A stretch of 63,201 bases of DNA, filler included, from Welwitschia mirabilis (taxonomy: Eukaryota), in assembly GCA_051453625.1 (NCBI GenBank). It is 5 parts of one record of this genome, joined end to end, with 100 filler letters (N's around TTAATTAATTAA, not from the genome) between each part and the next. Parts side by side here need not be neighbours in the genome. Positions count along the whole stretch, not along the records: positions 1 to 26,432 come from JBOZIK010000001.1; 4 more parts are not named here. One strand, 5' to 3'. Position numbers and translations under genes: made by a program. Below, one piece after another: positions 1 through 13,722 of the stretch. The notes under the pieces are model-generated. The model saw only the letters and a list, made by a program, of their open reading frames with translations. It made no database searches and had not been told where the DNA came from. How positions within the stretch are numbered: position 1 is the stretch's first letter; each line of letters opens with the position of its first letter.

Positions 1-2726
1 TTAGAAACTCTATTAATTAAAGATTACAAAATGTGGGTTATAACAAGTATTCATAATGGTATAATGCAAAAGTTGGGCCTACCTCAACTATAAAATAACA
101 ACATCTTGAATACTTAATTGTGTATTCTCATTTCTGAAGACTCTTTTCTATTTGGCATCTACTTTCCTTTGGCATGTAGGTATGTTTCATTGTGCCCTTA
201 ATGTTAAGGAAGAAATTGATGAGAAAATTTTAAATTTCCATAAAGGTCAAAAAATTGATGAATGATTTGTTATATTTACAAATTTATATCTCTTATGAAT
301 TAGTCCAGAAAAAAAGAACATAAAACAGTGGAAAGAATTCATTCACGTAAAACAAAAATATTTGTTTCTTAATTCTAGAAGCTTCGAAGTCCTCTTAAAA
401 TGTTTATGTATTCAATGGTTTGATATAAATGAAGATTTGATATAAATTTTTGAAATCTTATAAAGAATGCTAGTTAATCCAGGAAAACTAATTTTATTAC
501 ACTATCATACACATAACTCCAAATTAGTTTTATCTCTTACATTCTTCTCTCTAAGATTAGGCTTCTCATCATATCTTATAAGGAAGTACATCCCTTTCTT
601 AGTGAAGACCCTTGAATCAAAGCAATCAGCAACAAACGCTAAATTTCTATAGGATATTTTAACTAAAGATTTACTTGCATTCCTAAAAAAGAAGGACAAA
701 TGCACAAGAGAAGGTGAGTTTGCAGAAGCCATTCTAGAGAAACTTTCAATAGAATATCATCGCGTGCTTTTCTAAGGAAAAACAACTTCATAATTCTTAG
801 ATCTCTTTAAATGACTATCATTTTAATCCATGCCTAAAGTAATTTAAAGGCATGGGCTCTTTGCAAATATAATAGATCAAATATGAAATATGAATGGTAG
901 ATAAAAAGACCTAAAGAAAAAAGCAAATTCGAAGAAGAATTGAAGACATGCCTAGGTCTTATTTGTTGCTAAAGCTTCTACATACTTAAGTATTCCTTCG
1001 GCTCTGAATCAGTTTGATTTTAGGTTATGTAGTTCTGTAATATTATTATTATTTTAAGAGTAATTATTTCTTTTGAACTCAAGAAGCTTTATAAGTTATT
1101 TTATGTTCTAAAAACCAAATACTCTTTCACCAAATTTATGCTCTCAATACATTCATATTGATTCTCAATCTAAAGAAGTGTTTTTTATTTGTCTATACTA
1201 TGCTACACAAATAGAATTTTACTATGAGTAATAACATAGCTTCTTTTAAAAATTTTGATGAAGTTTTGAAATGATTATATTAAAGTTTAAGCTTATTTAA
1301 AAGATCATTAGAAATCTAGATAAATATAATACCTTTCAAGAATTCAAGTAGGTATTTATTTGGATAATAATTCCGAGTTATAAACTAGATGCTACAAACA
1401 AGTGAGATGTGGAAAAAAGGTGTTTTGATTGGGGGAAAAAACTTGATTCTATGAAATTGAGAGTCATGAATTAGAGGCTTTTGTAATCTTGAAAGTAGTT
1501 TCCTTCAACCTTCATAAGGATTAATCACAATTTGCTCAAATTCATTAATCATTTTCTTTTTCTTTGAGAGTGAAATATAGATGTTGCTTGAAGGCTAATT
1601 ATTTAATTGTATCTTGGAATCGAGTTGAATTTGTAAGGGATAAAAACTCTTAAAACTTGGTTGTTTTATGTCATTAAGGGACTAGTGATTTTAGTCCTCA
1701 TTTTTTTAAGTATTGAAGGGATATAATGAGGAAAGTGAAATTTGGTTGATAATTACTTTAATAGGAAATGAAGACATATGAGAAATGGAAATTTTAGAGT
1801 TCTAGCCCTGCCTGTGAACCAACTAGTAGGAATGATGCCGTAAATTTTATTAAAACTACCAATGAGCTTCTTGATAGACTTTGTATTAAATGAAATAGAC
1901 TATGATGAGGCTAAACTTAAAATTCAGCTAGTTTTATTCTCTAGTTTACTAATTACTTGTTAATCTACTTATCCATATTACTTTCTATTCCAAATTAGTG
2001 GTTTAAATCCCTGCATTTCAATTCTAATTATTATTTAGTCTTTTAGAAATTTAGCCTTTCTTCTAAAAGAACCTCCTTTACATCTAATCTAGTTCCACAA
2101 TATTTAATCTCATAATATAAAAACACTTGTTGCTACCCCTTTAGTCATACATTCTACTTAACAACGTTTCTTTCAAACTTATTCTTTTTAAAAGTTATAG
2201 TTTAGAATAATGATATCCTAAATTTTTTTTTTGAAGTTTTCATTGTAAATAATTATGCATATATAGTTATTCATTTAGTTTTAATTTGAGTTATTATTTG
2301 TAATTTATTTCTTTTATAATACTATTCTTTTTTTAAGTAATAATAATTGATCAATTCATGATAGATGATAGTTTGTTTGAATAAAAAAGTTAAAAGTATG
2401 TCTTTTATTACAAAAGATCTCATTGTTAATTATATCAAAATTTTTTATAGTTTTATAGTTGTAAATCTTTTATTGAACTTTTTACATAAGGATTTACTAA
2501 TAAGAGTCTTTGATTAGAATTAAGGCTTCTGACCACATGATCCTAGGATTTCTTTCAATAAAATCTCCTTAAAGGGGTTGTCATGTAAGGGAACTACTTT
2601 GTTAAATAAGTAGTTAATTTACTACTACACATCCCATAGCAGATAAAGCTATCATATACCTCACACATCATCTAATTCTAGGAGAAAAATTTAATACACA
2701 TCTTGTAGGACTAGGCCAAAAGTGTG

Positions 2727-2869
2727 CTATACATCATGTATTACTAGGATCAACAGTGACTTCGAATAGAAACTCAAAAGTCAAATAAAGCCCATATGCC
2801 TATACATCGTGTATTACTAGGATCCAGAGTGACTTCGAACAGAAACTCAAAAGTCAAATAAAGTCCATA
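2727..2869. repeat. 73-bp tandem duplication (2 copies)
   Basis: ctatacatc(a/g)tgtattactaggatc...ctcaaaagtcaaataaag(c/t)ccata starts at 2727 and again at 2800, with few mismatches and no gap involved. Confidence 0.9.
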
Positions 2870-2999
2870 ATATACAAGAGAAAAGAAAATGAGTTTAAAT
2901 CAACTTATTATCAATCCAATTTGGGATTGAAGTATTAGAACTTCTCTTAATAAGTATCTTTTTTTGATTATGAGTTGTTGGTTCTATGGTCAAATGGTA

Positions 3000-5900
3000 T
3001 ACTGGTGTAATGACTTCATGCTATACAAGTTCCTTAATTTCATGAACCAACTTTCATATATCATTTGCTAAAAGTGCATAGTATTCTTCTTTCATGTTTG
3101 GATCCACTGATTGTATAGAATGATGTCATTAAAAGAAGTTACTTTACCATCAAAGATCAAATGAAGATTATCATCATCATCATCATGAAATGCATGCGAG
3201 CTAGTCTAATTCTAGTTTCATCCTTCTTATCATTACAAATATCTTGAAGACTAGACTATAGCTAGGTACTTTAATGACATATTTTGGTATTATAAACTCC
3301 TTCAATTGGAGAACCTACTGAATTGCTATTGGAACCATGATTAAGCATGCTAGGAGCACCAAATTACTCAATTTCTAGAGGTTGCAAAGTAGATGTACCA
3401 ATAGAAGAAACTAAAGCATTACTAGTGGCCACATCTCCCCTTTTAACCACAGGACATTGAGCATCTAATATGGTCACTAAGTTAGAGAAAGAACAAAGCT
3501 TTAAAGGATTAAGCTACGAATCATTATTTGAAGTCTTTATGAAGATGACATTACTACAAATAATGATCTTATGAGGCTCATAGAGATACACTTGATAACA
3601 CTTCTAGTTAGTTGGATGTTTTACAAATATGCTAATGTGAGCATGTGCCCTAAATTTGTCATGATGTTATCTTCGAATATAGACATAGCACTTGTAACTA
3701 AATAAAAAAATGATGTAACTTTATCCTGTATCCATAACACTTTTCATCTGGAGATATGCCCTTTTCAGTATATTATCCAATATAATTATTCAGATGTATC
3801 ACTTTGTTCATTACTTCATCCTAAAAATAGGTCTTGCAATCCATGAAATACATCATAAAATATGCCATATCTAATAATAGTGTAATTAAATTACTCAGTA
3901 ATGCCATTTTGTTGAGGTATCTCTACATAAGTATTCAAATGTCGAATTCCTTTAGAATATGAGTGGAAACTTTTCATCTGATAGTTATCTTGCTTTGCCA
4001 CTTTTAGTTTTAAACTTCTTGAAAATGTCCAAGTTTGTTATTTTAATTTCATGAACTCTACCTAAGTCATTTGCAAGTAGTCATCAATAAAGAATATAAA
4101 GTAATGAAATCTATTGAAAGTGGAAACTGACATATGTCCAAATAGATTACTATGAACAAGCAAAAGCTTTCAATTAGTACATTACTTAATTGGTAAAAAC
4201 TCCTATATAATTGCTTTGCTCATGATATATGATTCACACTAAGGAAAATCCCATGAAATGGATGGAAGAAGTGATTGATCATTCTCACGTATTACATTCA
4301 TTATACAAGGATTAGGATATCCTAGCCGAGCATGCCATAGTAGCAAGAGAGAAATCTCATCTTGTGAAACCGTGTAGGTGATATCTCGTATTTTGATACA
4401 ACTATGAAAATGAGTGAGCTTTTCATTTATGTATCCTTTCATAACTAGTTACTGATGATCATCATAAATACCCATTAAGTGCTTTTTCATAGAGAAAGAG
4501 TGGTCTTCTTGCAATAGAGTAAAAGCCATAGAAGATGTGGCCTTAGAGAAGGAACATGTAAAACATATAAAATAGTGTATTGAGAAAGCAATGTCAAGTC
4601 AGGGTAACTAAATCATAGCATTCTAATGGAACTAATGTTTAATTTTCCAAATAAATATGACTTGGCACTTCAATGAAGTCATTAAGTCATGTAACAAGTT
4701 GCACTTATGTCAAGAATCCACATCTTATCATGAGGTGTATGCTTAATTATACAATCAAAGTTAAAGTTTTTAAAAACTACATTAGATTCAAAACTTTTTA
4801 GCATTATCAAGGGAATCAAGTTCTTTAATGACCACATTTACCTTATGTGTAGAATTTATCTTTTCCTAAGAAACCTTATAGAAGTTAATGGTGTGACCTT
4901 GTCTTTTGCATCATAAGCACTGATACTTATTTTTCTTAGGAGTGGTAGTATTATAAACTTGTTTCTTATTTGCTGAGTCTAATTTGACTTCTTGTTTTGC
5001 TATTTTTGTAGAGCCTTATCATAAAGTGTTTCCTTTTGCAAATGGGATTTGCTAGTAGATTATTTATTTTAACAAGAAGGATCATGAGAATAAGAAACTT
5101 TGAATTTGGTATTAAGGTTACAAGATCCCATGAAGTTAAATTAAGGTTCGGCGAAAATAAGATCTATAATGAGCATACCCAAAGTTATATTATTCAATTT
5201 CTTATTTTTCATATAGAGACATAATATAACTATGCAAATAGAAGCCTTCAAAACAATAGTTGATCAAGTTTACATAATGAATGTAAACTTCTTTTTGTGA
5301 GTTAACCTCCACTATCTTTTCCTTAATGTCTTGCATTTACATAATCAACTATTTCATCTTGCCCTTCTCACAATGTGAATTGTTTATGTGAGTTATGAGA
5401 TTAAGGAGCTCTATCATTCTTTAAGTAAAATGTGTCCCAAAACTATAAAATTTAGTGTATCTTGTTTTAGTCTGATCAACCAACTTATTGTATTAATAGG
5501 CAATATGTTATTATGTAATCTTTATTAATTTTTCATCAATATCTTGCCAAGAAGCTTCTTGAGGCTAATCATGAAAATGTATATGATCATGCACAAAAAA
5601 ATCCTTTTCATAACCATAAATTTGCATGTTTGATATAAAATACTTGTGCTAGACCTCCCATAACTAACTATCTTGAAGAGTGACTCTGATGTTGGCCATG
5701 ATCCTAGTGGTGAGTACAGATGTGAATGACAACCACTAAAATTTACTCTTTTAAACTGAGGATAAAAATCCCATGGTGGAAAGAGGATGAGTACCAAAAG
5801 AGAATTAACAAGTTGTAAGGTAAAATCGAGAATTAGAGATATTTTTCTCACATCCAGAACTGGAAGTGATCTATCTGTCACATAAGGAAGTCTTATCAAA

Positions 5901-8723
5901 CCCTAACAAAGATATGGGGAAAAAAAACAAAGAGATGGTATAGTCATAAAAAAAAAGTGATATTGCTCTCATCCACAATTTCAAGTCATCTATCCAAGTC
6001 ACACTGCAACTAAAACAAAAAAACAAAGTGTCACAAGAGAGAGGTATAATCACAATGAAAGAGAATCAAGCCCGTAAACCGAATGATTTATCCAAGCCAC
6101 AAAGTGTGATAACCAAGAAAACACCCCAACCAGTGAGAGACTATGCACACGAGAAAGAAAAGCAAAAGTACTATATTTAGAATTTCTTAATGCAAATGAG
6201 GTAGATTTTATTCAAAGGACCTAAATTAATTCTTAGGTGATGAAAATGCTAAAATTAATCACTTTTAAAGTCTTCTCCAAAATCTGATTAGTAATCATGG
6301 CCTCTCCAAGATTGATACCCTTGTCTCCAAAGGGCATAAGAAGAGAAAGATGTAAATCATGTTGATGGGCCTTATAAATCATCAGTTAGTTTCAGTTACC
6401 TTAGCCATATACCCCACTTAAGGAAAAGTACCATGTAATGTTGGCGACCTACTTATACTTAGAATTTGTAAGTTTTAAATTTTATTAAATATGTGACCCT
6501 TGGTAATGAAATCTAAGTAAACCCTATCATTATGCCTCTATCCTTCACTCAATATACCCTTGATTACCAAGGCATACATGGAAATCTAGACCTTGGGACA
6601 CTTGGGATGTTTCTATTTAAGAGAGATACAATACTCTATATAGCCCGAACTTCATAGTTATGGTAGTTAATACTACACAACAAGATTTCGAAGGCAGTAT
6701 AAAGTCCAACACGAATCTCTATCTATGTAAGGCTCTCCATGCCTGCCACCAACCAAAATGTATTACTAGTAAAAATGTTAAATGTAAAAGGAGTGAAAGG
6801 TAATTTTCCTTTTTATTAATTTACTTTAGCAGGATTTAATAAAATTATTAAGTGTGAAAAGGAAGTAGAAGACCAAAAACACAAAGAAAAGGGAATTGAT
6901 TGTGATATAGTCAAGCTAAATAGATATTTCTCACCATCCAACTTAATATAATATATCCAAATCACAAAAATAGGTCTAAGTGAAAGAAAATCACGTCAAT
7001 AGATCTTATTCCACATCCCAACTAGACTTGATGAAAAAGATTTGTCTTACAAAACTAAAAAAAGGCCAAAAATCTCAAGAAAAAAACTCAAAAAGAGAGA
7101 CAAAAGGAGTTAAACGAAAAAAATCAAGGGATCTTGCTCAACATCCCAACTTGATCTAATGATAAGACATTAGCCTTGGGTTTACAAGTTTAGGAAGGAA
7201 AAAAAAATCCAAAAAACTCAAAGAAAAGCTTAAAATGCTCAAAAAATGAAGAAATGCATAAAAACTTTGCATGTGCACAAAACAAAGCTCAGATCTAGAC
7301 TCTTGGCTAGCTACACTGCATGTGCTCATGCATATGCAATGGCTAAGCAATTGCCTAGCAAAACTCCATGTGCAAAAAAATTGAAAACAATGCCAGCTAA
7401 AGCTGGCAAGTTCACATGTATGCGGAAAAGGGTTTTGGCAAAATGTGATTTCCGAATTTTCATATAATTTGAGCTTTCCACCAGTTCAATCGATCGATCT
7501 AGGTGTGCGAAAGAGGATTGCTTAAGACATCCGCTACAGATTCTACCAAAGATGTTGGCTGATTTCTAGGGATTTGCAATGGCTTCGAAATGGAATCTCT
7601 CTGGGCCTAGCGAATGGGACATGTCTGGGCCTAGCGGTGATTATGCTTGCACAGAGGAGAAGCGCTTGTGAAATGCAGGAAGAAATGCCGCTGCACAGAA
7701 GGGAGGTGGAAGCAGTGGATGAGTCTGACGGTAGCAAACAACCCACAGGGTGCCAAGAAATGCAGTGACAAATCAGAGAGACACACAACTAGCCCACGTT
7801 TTCTCTCCTGCAATGCGCTTGCAGACCACCATCGAAGACCACGGAGGAAAGACAGTGTTGTTAAACACGGCGCTGTCAAATGTGTTCAACTGCATTTAAC
7901 TGCAACGTACGCAGGCAGCACAAGCACCGACGTAGGCAACGATAGAGGCAAGTAGTAGATGTGGCGGTTAGCAGAGGGCAGCACTTACACGGAGCGTTGG
8001 ATGGCACTGCTCAAAACGCAGAAACGCAGAGGAGGCGTCTCATTCTAGATGGACGCACAGGGCAGCGCAGCTGAAAAGGGTCGCTGCAAAGGACAGGCAG
8101 CTGCTGGATTTGCAACGGCGATAATGGGATGCTGAAAACTGCAAGCGCAGTCAATGAAGGTCAACCCTGTAAAAGAAAGACACTTCAAATTGAAAATCTT
8201 TCAAAAATCAAACTGAACACGAAAAAAAGAAAAAGAAATTTTAAAGAAAGCTTCAAACTTTTTTAAAAAATAAATATTTTAAAAGGATTTTAAAATAAAG
8301 GCCAAAGGGAGAGCCAAAAAAAGGCCTGAAAGAGGCCCAAGAGACCTAAAAGAAGGGCAAAAAGGCCTAAAAAGAGCCAATAAAGAGCCAAAAAGAGGCC
8401 TAACAGAAGGCCCAGGAAGAGGTCATAGGAGCTCCAAGATCCCAAGCAAATATGGAGAGCATAAGAAGCTCTAAGAAAGTCTTGAAAGTACTAATACTGA
8501 TTGTTGGGAAACAAATGAGCAAGAATCATGAGCAATAATTTCCTAAAATAAATTCTTTATTTCTTTATATTTCTTATTACAATGAAGAGCTTACTTTTAA
8601 AGACAAGCATACCATTAGGGTTTCAATAGGGTTTACATGTTCCCCTAGTCATATGACCATGGCGCATGTACAAGCCTTAGTAGTTTTATTCTAAGAATGT
8701 TTATTTTAGATAATGTTTTTACA
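3000..8723 (-). mobile_element. Degenerate, 3'-truncated Ty1/copia LTR retrotransposon (gag-PR-INT remnant, long 5' leader, probable LTR at 8502-8723)
   Basis: Minus-strand motifs occur in copia order: zinc knuckle C..CKRQGHT (~4920-4885), protease WILDISATCYMT (~4722-4686), GAG-pre-integrase LLWHARLGY (ORF 4239-4442), integrase LVHSNLFGHM...YFIFFIDD (~4160-4080) and PQQNG (~3918-3902). A degenerate PBS-like gtactaatactga (~8488-8500) abuts a TG...CA segment at 8502-8723. Boundaries are approximate and no partner LTR was found. Confidence 0.75.
8297..8440. repeat. Degenerate ~10-11-bp minisatellite (AAAGAGGCC-like) in the copia leader
   Basis: About a dozen variants (aaaggcc, gagagcc, agaggcc, gaaggcc) spaced ~10-12 bp apart. 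Confidence 0.6.
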
Positions 8724-8989
8724 ATAGTAAAGGTTATAACTTAGTTTATGCTCTTTAACTAGGATTTATCATGATACAATCATGCCCATAGGATTCATGT
8801 TACTACAACACACACTTGACCATTACATACCCTACATCGCATAGCATACCCACAAATGCACATGAAGAAGAGTCACTTTACATATATGTTACTACACCGT
8901 CGAATGGTGACAAGAGTGTATGGCTGGCCATAATCAATATCAACCACTACTACACCAAAAAAAAGACAAGACCCAATGATAGCTTATGG

Positions 8990-11130
8990 AAGTATCCAAT
9001 GGCCTTTTATCTTAACAAAGTTAAAGAAGCTAGGTTTAGGTTTTTCTTTCATTTCTCATATGCAAATATTTTTTAGTTCCCCCAAATGCCACTTACTGAT
9101 AGAAGATGTTTGCTAGTAAGTGATCTTCAAAGATCAATTATAAAAGGCTATAGCACTTTTCCTTATCATTTTATTATTGCAACCAAGGATTTTGGCTACA
9201 TTTTGAAGTATTATATTTGTCAAAATAGCATTCGAGGTGAATCTTCACCAAATACAACGTGTCAAATTATTAATAACTGCTTTGTAAATGATAGTTTTTT
9301 ATTACTAAAGGAAGAAGATAACCTAGACACTACTCTTCACTACATTGAAGTTTATTGTAAAGCCTCTAGTTCTCCCATTAATTGGAACCAAAAGCAAACG
9401 ATAAGAACTAGGCTTAGGATATTCCTTGTTCCATCTTTGAATTTCTCTTCACATTGGATGCTGTCTTCTGACTTCATCACCCTATTAGGAATTCCTTCCT
9501 ATCCCTTGGCTTTCGCCAAACAAATTTAAAAGAAAGTTTGTGGCAACGTTTGCCAAAAAAATTAGTAAGTCGATTGGAAAACCTCTTCATTATTAAGTAA
9601 ATTTACTGTAGCTTCCAAAATTCTTCAATTAGTTCATGTTTCTTATTCTTCATCTATGGCTTCTTCAAAGAAGCCCTGTAAGAAGTTAGAGCAACTTATC
9701 AGATCTATCATCAATTTCCATGAGTTAATTAGAAATTTTGTATCCTTGAGAAAGACATAGGAGGTTTGAGTTTCCCTTTTGCTTATTGTTAAGAAATATT
9801 ACTAGATACTAAATGGATTTTAAAAGCTTTAGAAGGTGATGAGAGTTGGAAGATCTTAATTAGACATAGATTTAGATTAGGAATTCTTGATAATTCTATG
9901 GCATTACCCTAGATGGAATAATTGGATTATAACTACTACAAAAGTTAAAATATCAGGTTCAGCTGTTTGTTGATAAGCTTGGATGACATGGCAAAAGATC
10001 AACTCATATTTATATTAGAAACCTACCTAACATAACTGGGATTTAATTAAATGGATTTTGACATGGTGGGTTTTCTATTATGGAAATGCTAATAGGTTAG
10101 CTTCTCATACTTCACATTTGAAGAGAAGTAAATTCAACCATAAAGTTGTCTTCATATTGTAGGTTTCATCTCTAACATCATTTCTCCTATTCCTTTAGAG
10201 TGGAATGAGTCCAAAGCTTATTTATGCCAAACTGATAAAAATGCTTTACATATTCTTACTTACAAGTACAAAGCTAGTTATAGCTTCTTATTACAAGCCT
10301 TAAATTATCATTATGGGACCTTTTTTTTTTCACAAATCATCCTCTTTTTGGAATAATTGAGTTTGAAAAATGATAATAAAATGTTAGAATTTATCTTCAA
10401 AAATATGAAACAGTGGTTTGAGATAGAGAAGCTTCCTTTTAAAATTTTGAATCATTGGTAGAATGTTCATTGTACTATGAATGAATGAATGTCAAAGTTT
10501 ATGTTTAATGGGAACTTAATGTACAACCTAAATTACAATTTTTTACTTAGTCTTTATCATACATAGGCCTTCATAAGGGTATACGCTTATAGCTTCTTAG
10601 ATTTAACAATCCAATTTGACCTCATTACTCATAAGAAGAAACCATTAAAGATGTGTTCATGTATTATGGAAATGGTGTTTTTCAATTCCTAGATTTGGGA
10701 AGTACCGGAATTTCTCTACTTTTGCTATTTGTGTGGGAATGATAGATAGTGGCACTTTACTATTTTTTGGACCATTCTTAGAGTTGATCGTATGTTGCAT
10801 TTGAAAGCAAAAATGTGATGTGATTTACGAAAGCCAATTAGATAGGCAAAGTTTTAGTTTTGGAAAGAAGTTAAATTTCCATGTCAATTTTTAAATGCAT
10901 GTTTATAGTAGAAAGAAAAAAGTATCCAAATGAAGCTGATCATTTTTTTCATGTCTTTAACGACATGGTCAAATGCACTATATACAATTAATAAATTTCT
11001 TCTAAAAGGTTTTTCATTTCTCTCTTTGGTTTCTTTAATGATGGAGCACTAATATCCTCAATGACTATTTTCTTACTCTCTTATTGAAAGACAGTTGTAC
11101 AGATCTTTTTGATTAATGAAGGTAATTTTT
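8990..11130 (+). mobile_element. 5'-truncated degenerate L1-clade LINE (RT C-terminal part to 3' end)
   Basis: ORF 9086-9529 (PYHFIIAT...IRG...NNCFVNDSFLLL...IEVYCKASSSPINWNQK) matches the LINE RT F(A)DD region. Downstream frames are broken by stops. A LINE-like 3' end (ttgtaca...ttaatgaa) lies near 11096-11120. Confidence 0.8.
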
Positions 11131-12235
11131 TTATAGGTGTACCACAATCAGCCTCCTATCCGACGAAAATATGGTTATGCTTATTTTAGAAAATTGAATG
11201 CCCATATACTACGTCATTTTTTCATTTCAATTTGAGCTAATTGAATAATTTTCTCACACATTCCTAGGAGGTGGTTGTAATGTTATATCATATAACTTTT
11301 TTACTTTTCTTTTCTTTTTTTTTTTTGGTGTGCGTGTCTAAATGGGTGCTTAGTTTCATTTCACATATTGTCTAACACATATACACCTTTTATTCGAAGT
11401 GTCTCATATTCTTCGATAAACATAAATGTTAGTGGCTTGTCTTAAAAAAACATGAATAATATTAATAGGTTGGTTGTGTTACAATTGAATGTAAGCAGTA
11501 TAATTTTATGAGGTGGAACATAAGTGGGAATACAAATAGGATGATTTTATGAATTCTACTAAATTCAGAACATGGATTACAATAAAAGATTATATAAATT
11601 GACACATTATAACTTGCTACAATGGGGCACGTTATATTAATTAGGTGATTGTGGAAATTTTACAAAGAAGATCGTGCATAGCATGACTAGGTTATCCGTT
11701 TTGAATGATGACCAATGCCTGAGGTTTTTGCATCGATCTTTGTTTCAAGGCAGCGTTGTTTCCCGGTTACTTCGGAGGAAGAGCTGTTGAATGATCGTCT
11801 GGATTCTGTAAACAAGCCCTTCTTCTTCTGCGATCCCGTTTCTTTCCATTGCCACTTCTTTTTATTTGTTTCTACCACTTCTTCTGCTTGCAATCGTATT
11901 TCCTCTCTCAATTGCGTGTGCACTGGGTTGGTTACTGGTAACTATACGTTGGGGTCCTAATTTTTTAGATGCATAACAGCTGATATCAGACGAATTGCAA
12001 TTTGCCCTCTGAAATCAGGAACGAATTTGTGTTTTTGGTTCATGCTTCAGCTCTGAGGTGAGAAATGTATATTGGTACTGGAAGAGTGTTACTGAAAATG
12101 TTTCCTTTGCTGGTTTTAATAGTTAGGCGTATCCCTGGAGTTTCGTTTACTTCCAGGCCTCCGATAATTCCCTCGAAAAAATTGAGGGATGTTTCTTCTT
12201 AAGTTTCAATCAAGTATTTGAAGATTATTTTACCT

Positions 12236-13722
12236 ATGTCAGCTTTGAATGACCCGCGAAAGACCTCTTATCGGTTTTTTCTAGAGGGCGAAATCGATGT
12301 CTGCATCAAGGGTTTTAAGGGACAATTTTTGAATAAAGATGTAGAAAGAATGCAGATTCAGGAAGCCAAAGCCGGAAAAAATGTCGAAATATCGTTTGCG
12401 GATTCTCCGTTGGTTAGTCTTAGCGACGAGTTGCTTCTGAAGATTCTTGAAAAAGTGAAGGATTGGACTTTCTTGAAAACTGGAAAGATAACAGAAAGAT
12501 TTCCTAATCTTGTTGAAATTGATTTGGCAATAGCGTGCATTCCGCAATCAGAAGAATCAGGAGTCCTGCTAACAAACCGTTTTCTGAACATTTGGCTTAC
12601 TTCGACGGTTCCGTTTCCAGTGGGAAAGGTAATTGTTGAGACGCAGATATTACCGTCTTTTTTTGATAAAGGCCTCAAGATTTTGGCAAAAAGATGCCCA
12701 GGTTTGCGAAAGCTTTGCCTTATTGATGTCAGACGTGTCTATGATCATCAAGCACCATACGGAAAANNNNNNNNNNTCGGAGAGTGGCTTGATAGCTATC
12801 TCGAAGAACTGTTCCATGTTGCGTGAATTAGACCATCTTTACTGTGCAGACGAATCTATAGACAGCATCTCTGGTTTCCAAAACCTGCAGATTCTTCGTT
12901 TGGTGGGCTCTGTAGATGAATTCGATAATTACAGCTTCACAGACATTGGGCTTACCAAAGTAGGCCACAAATTTAAACGCCTAGTGAAGCTTGAATTGAG
13001 TGAATGCGAATGTAGCTACGAAGGAATTGCTGCAATTGGGCATTGTTGTTCAATACTTGAAGAACTCATTTTGTCAAACATCGATTTCTTTGAAGGCTGG
13101 ATTGCAGCTCTTTCATTTTTTAAGAGTTTGAAGTGCTTAAGATTTGAAGGCTGCAAGAAACTTGACTTCAGTCCTGGTTCTGAGGATCATCTTGGCATCT
13201 GTGCGGCCCTTGAAAAGCTCCACTTAAGGCGCTGCAACTTGCAGGACAGGGGTTCATTTGGGGCTTTAGCTTTGGTTAGCTCTCCTATTACAGAACTTGA
13301 ACTTAAAGATTGTTGGGCATTAGATGATGAAATTTTAATGCAAGCAGCAAATTGCAGGTGGGTGAGAGTATTTCCTTTCTAGATTTTCAACTAGCGTGCT
13401 GTATACTTCTATCTTACCTTACAGTACGTTAATATACGACTTCTCTTTGAATTGTAGGAAAGTAAGGTATTTTTCAGAAGGGTGTTCGTCAGTATCTACT
13501 TGCGCTCTAGAATCTTTACTTGCTGGCTTGAAAGATCTTCAGAGACTCAAAATTCTCTCTTGTAACAACATTAGGAATTCTGAAATCACTCTTTTGCTGT
13601 CAGCTTTATTCACTACTCTTGAAGAGTTGCAGTGGTGTCCAGATACGAAACCGTTTCTTGCAGTCAGTCTTGAAGGCACTGGAATGGTTCAGAAAAGAGG
13701 CCAGTCGTTAAAGAGGGCATAA
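12236..13722 (+). CDS. F-box/LRR (RNI-like) protein of the At5g07670/At5g51370 family; exons 12236-13357 and 13458-13722; possibly F-box-defective or pseudogenising
   Basis: Motifs LSDELLLKIL, DWTFLKTGKITERFPNL, NLQILRLVG, DIGL, KRLVKLEL, DCWALDD, EGCS and EELQWCPDT follow the family order. A 100-nt GT-AG intron (13358-13457) joins ...NC-R|KVRY in frame. A 10-N gap at 12767-12776 explains the apparent frame change. The start codon is uncertain; 12236 is the first ATG after an in-frame TAA at 12200. Confidence 0.85.

Noticed and set aside
1..2700. AT-rich region possibly derived from an LTR element
   Set aside because: No diagnostic motif, terminus or ORF that I could support.
12767..12776. 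Frameshift in the F-box gene
   Set aside because: The frame change falls in a 10-N gap of unknown true length.
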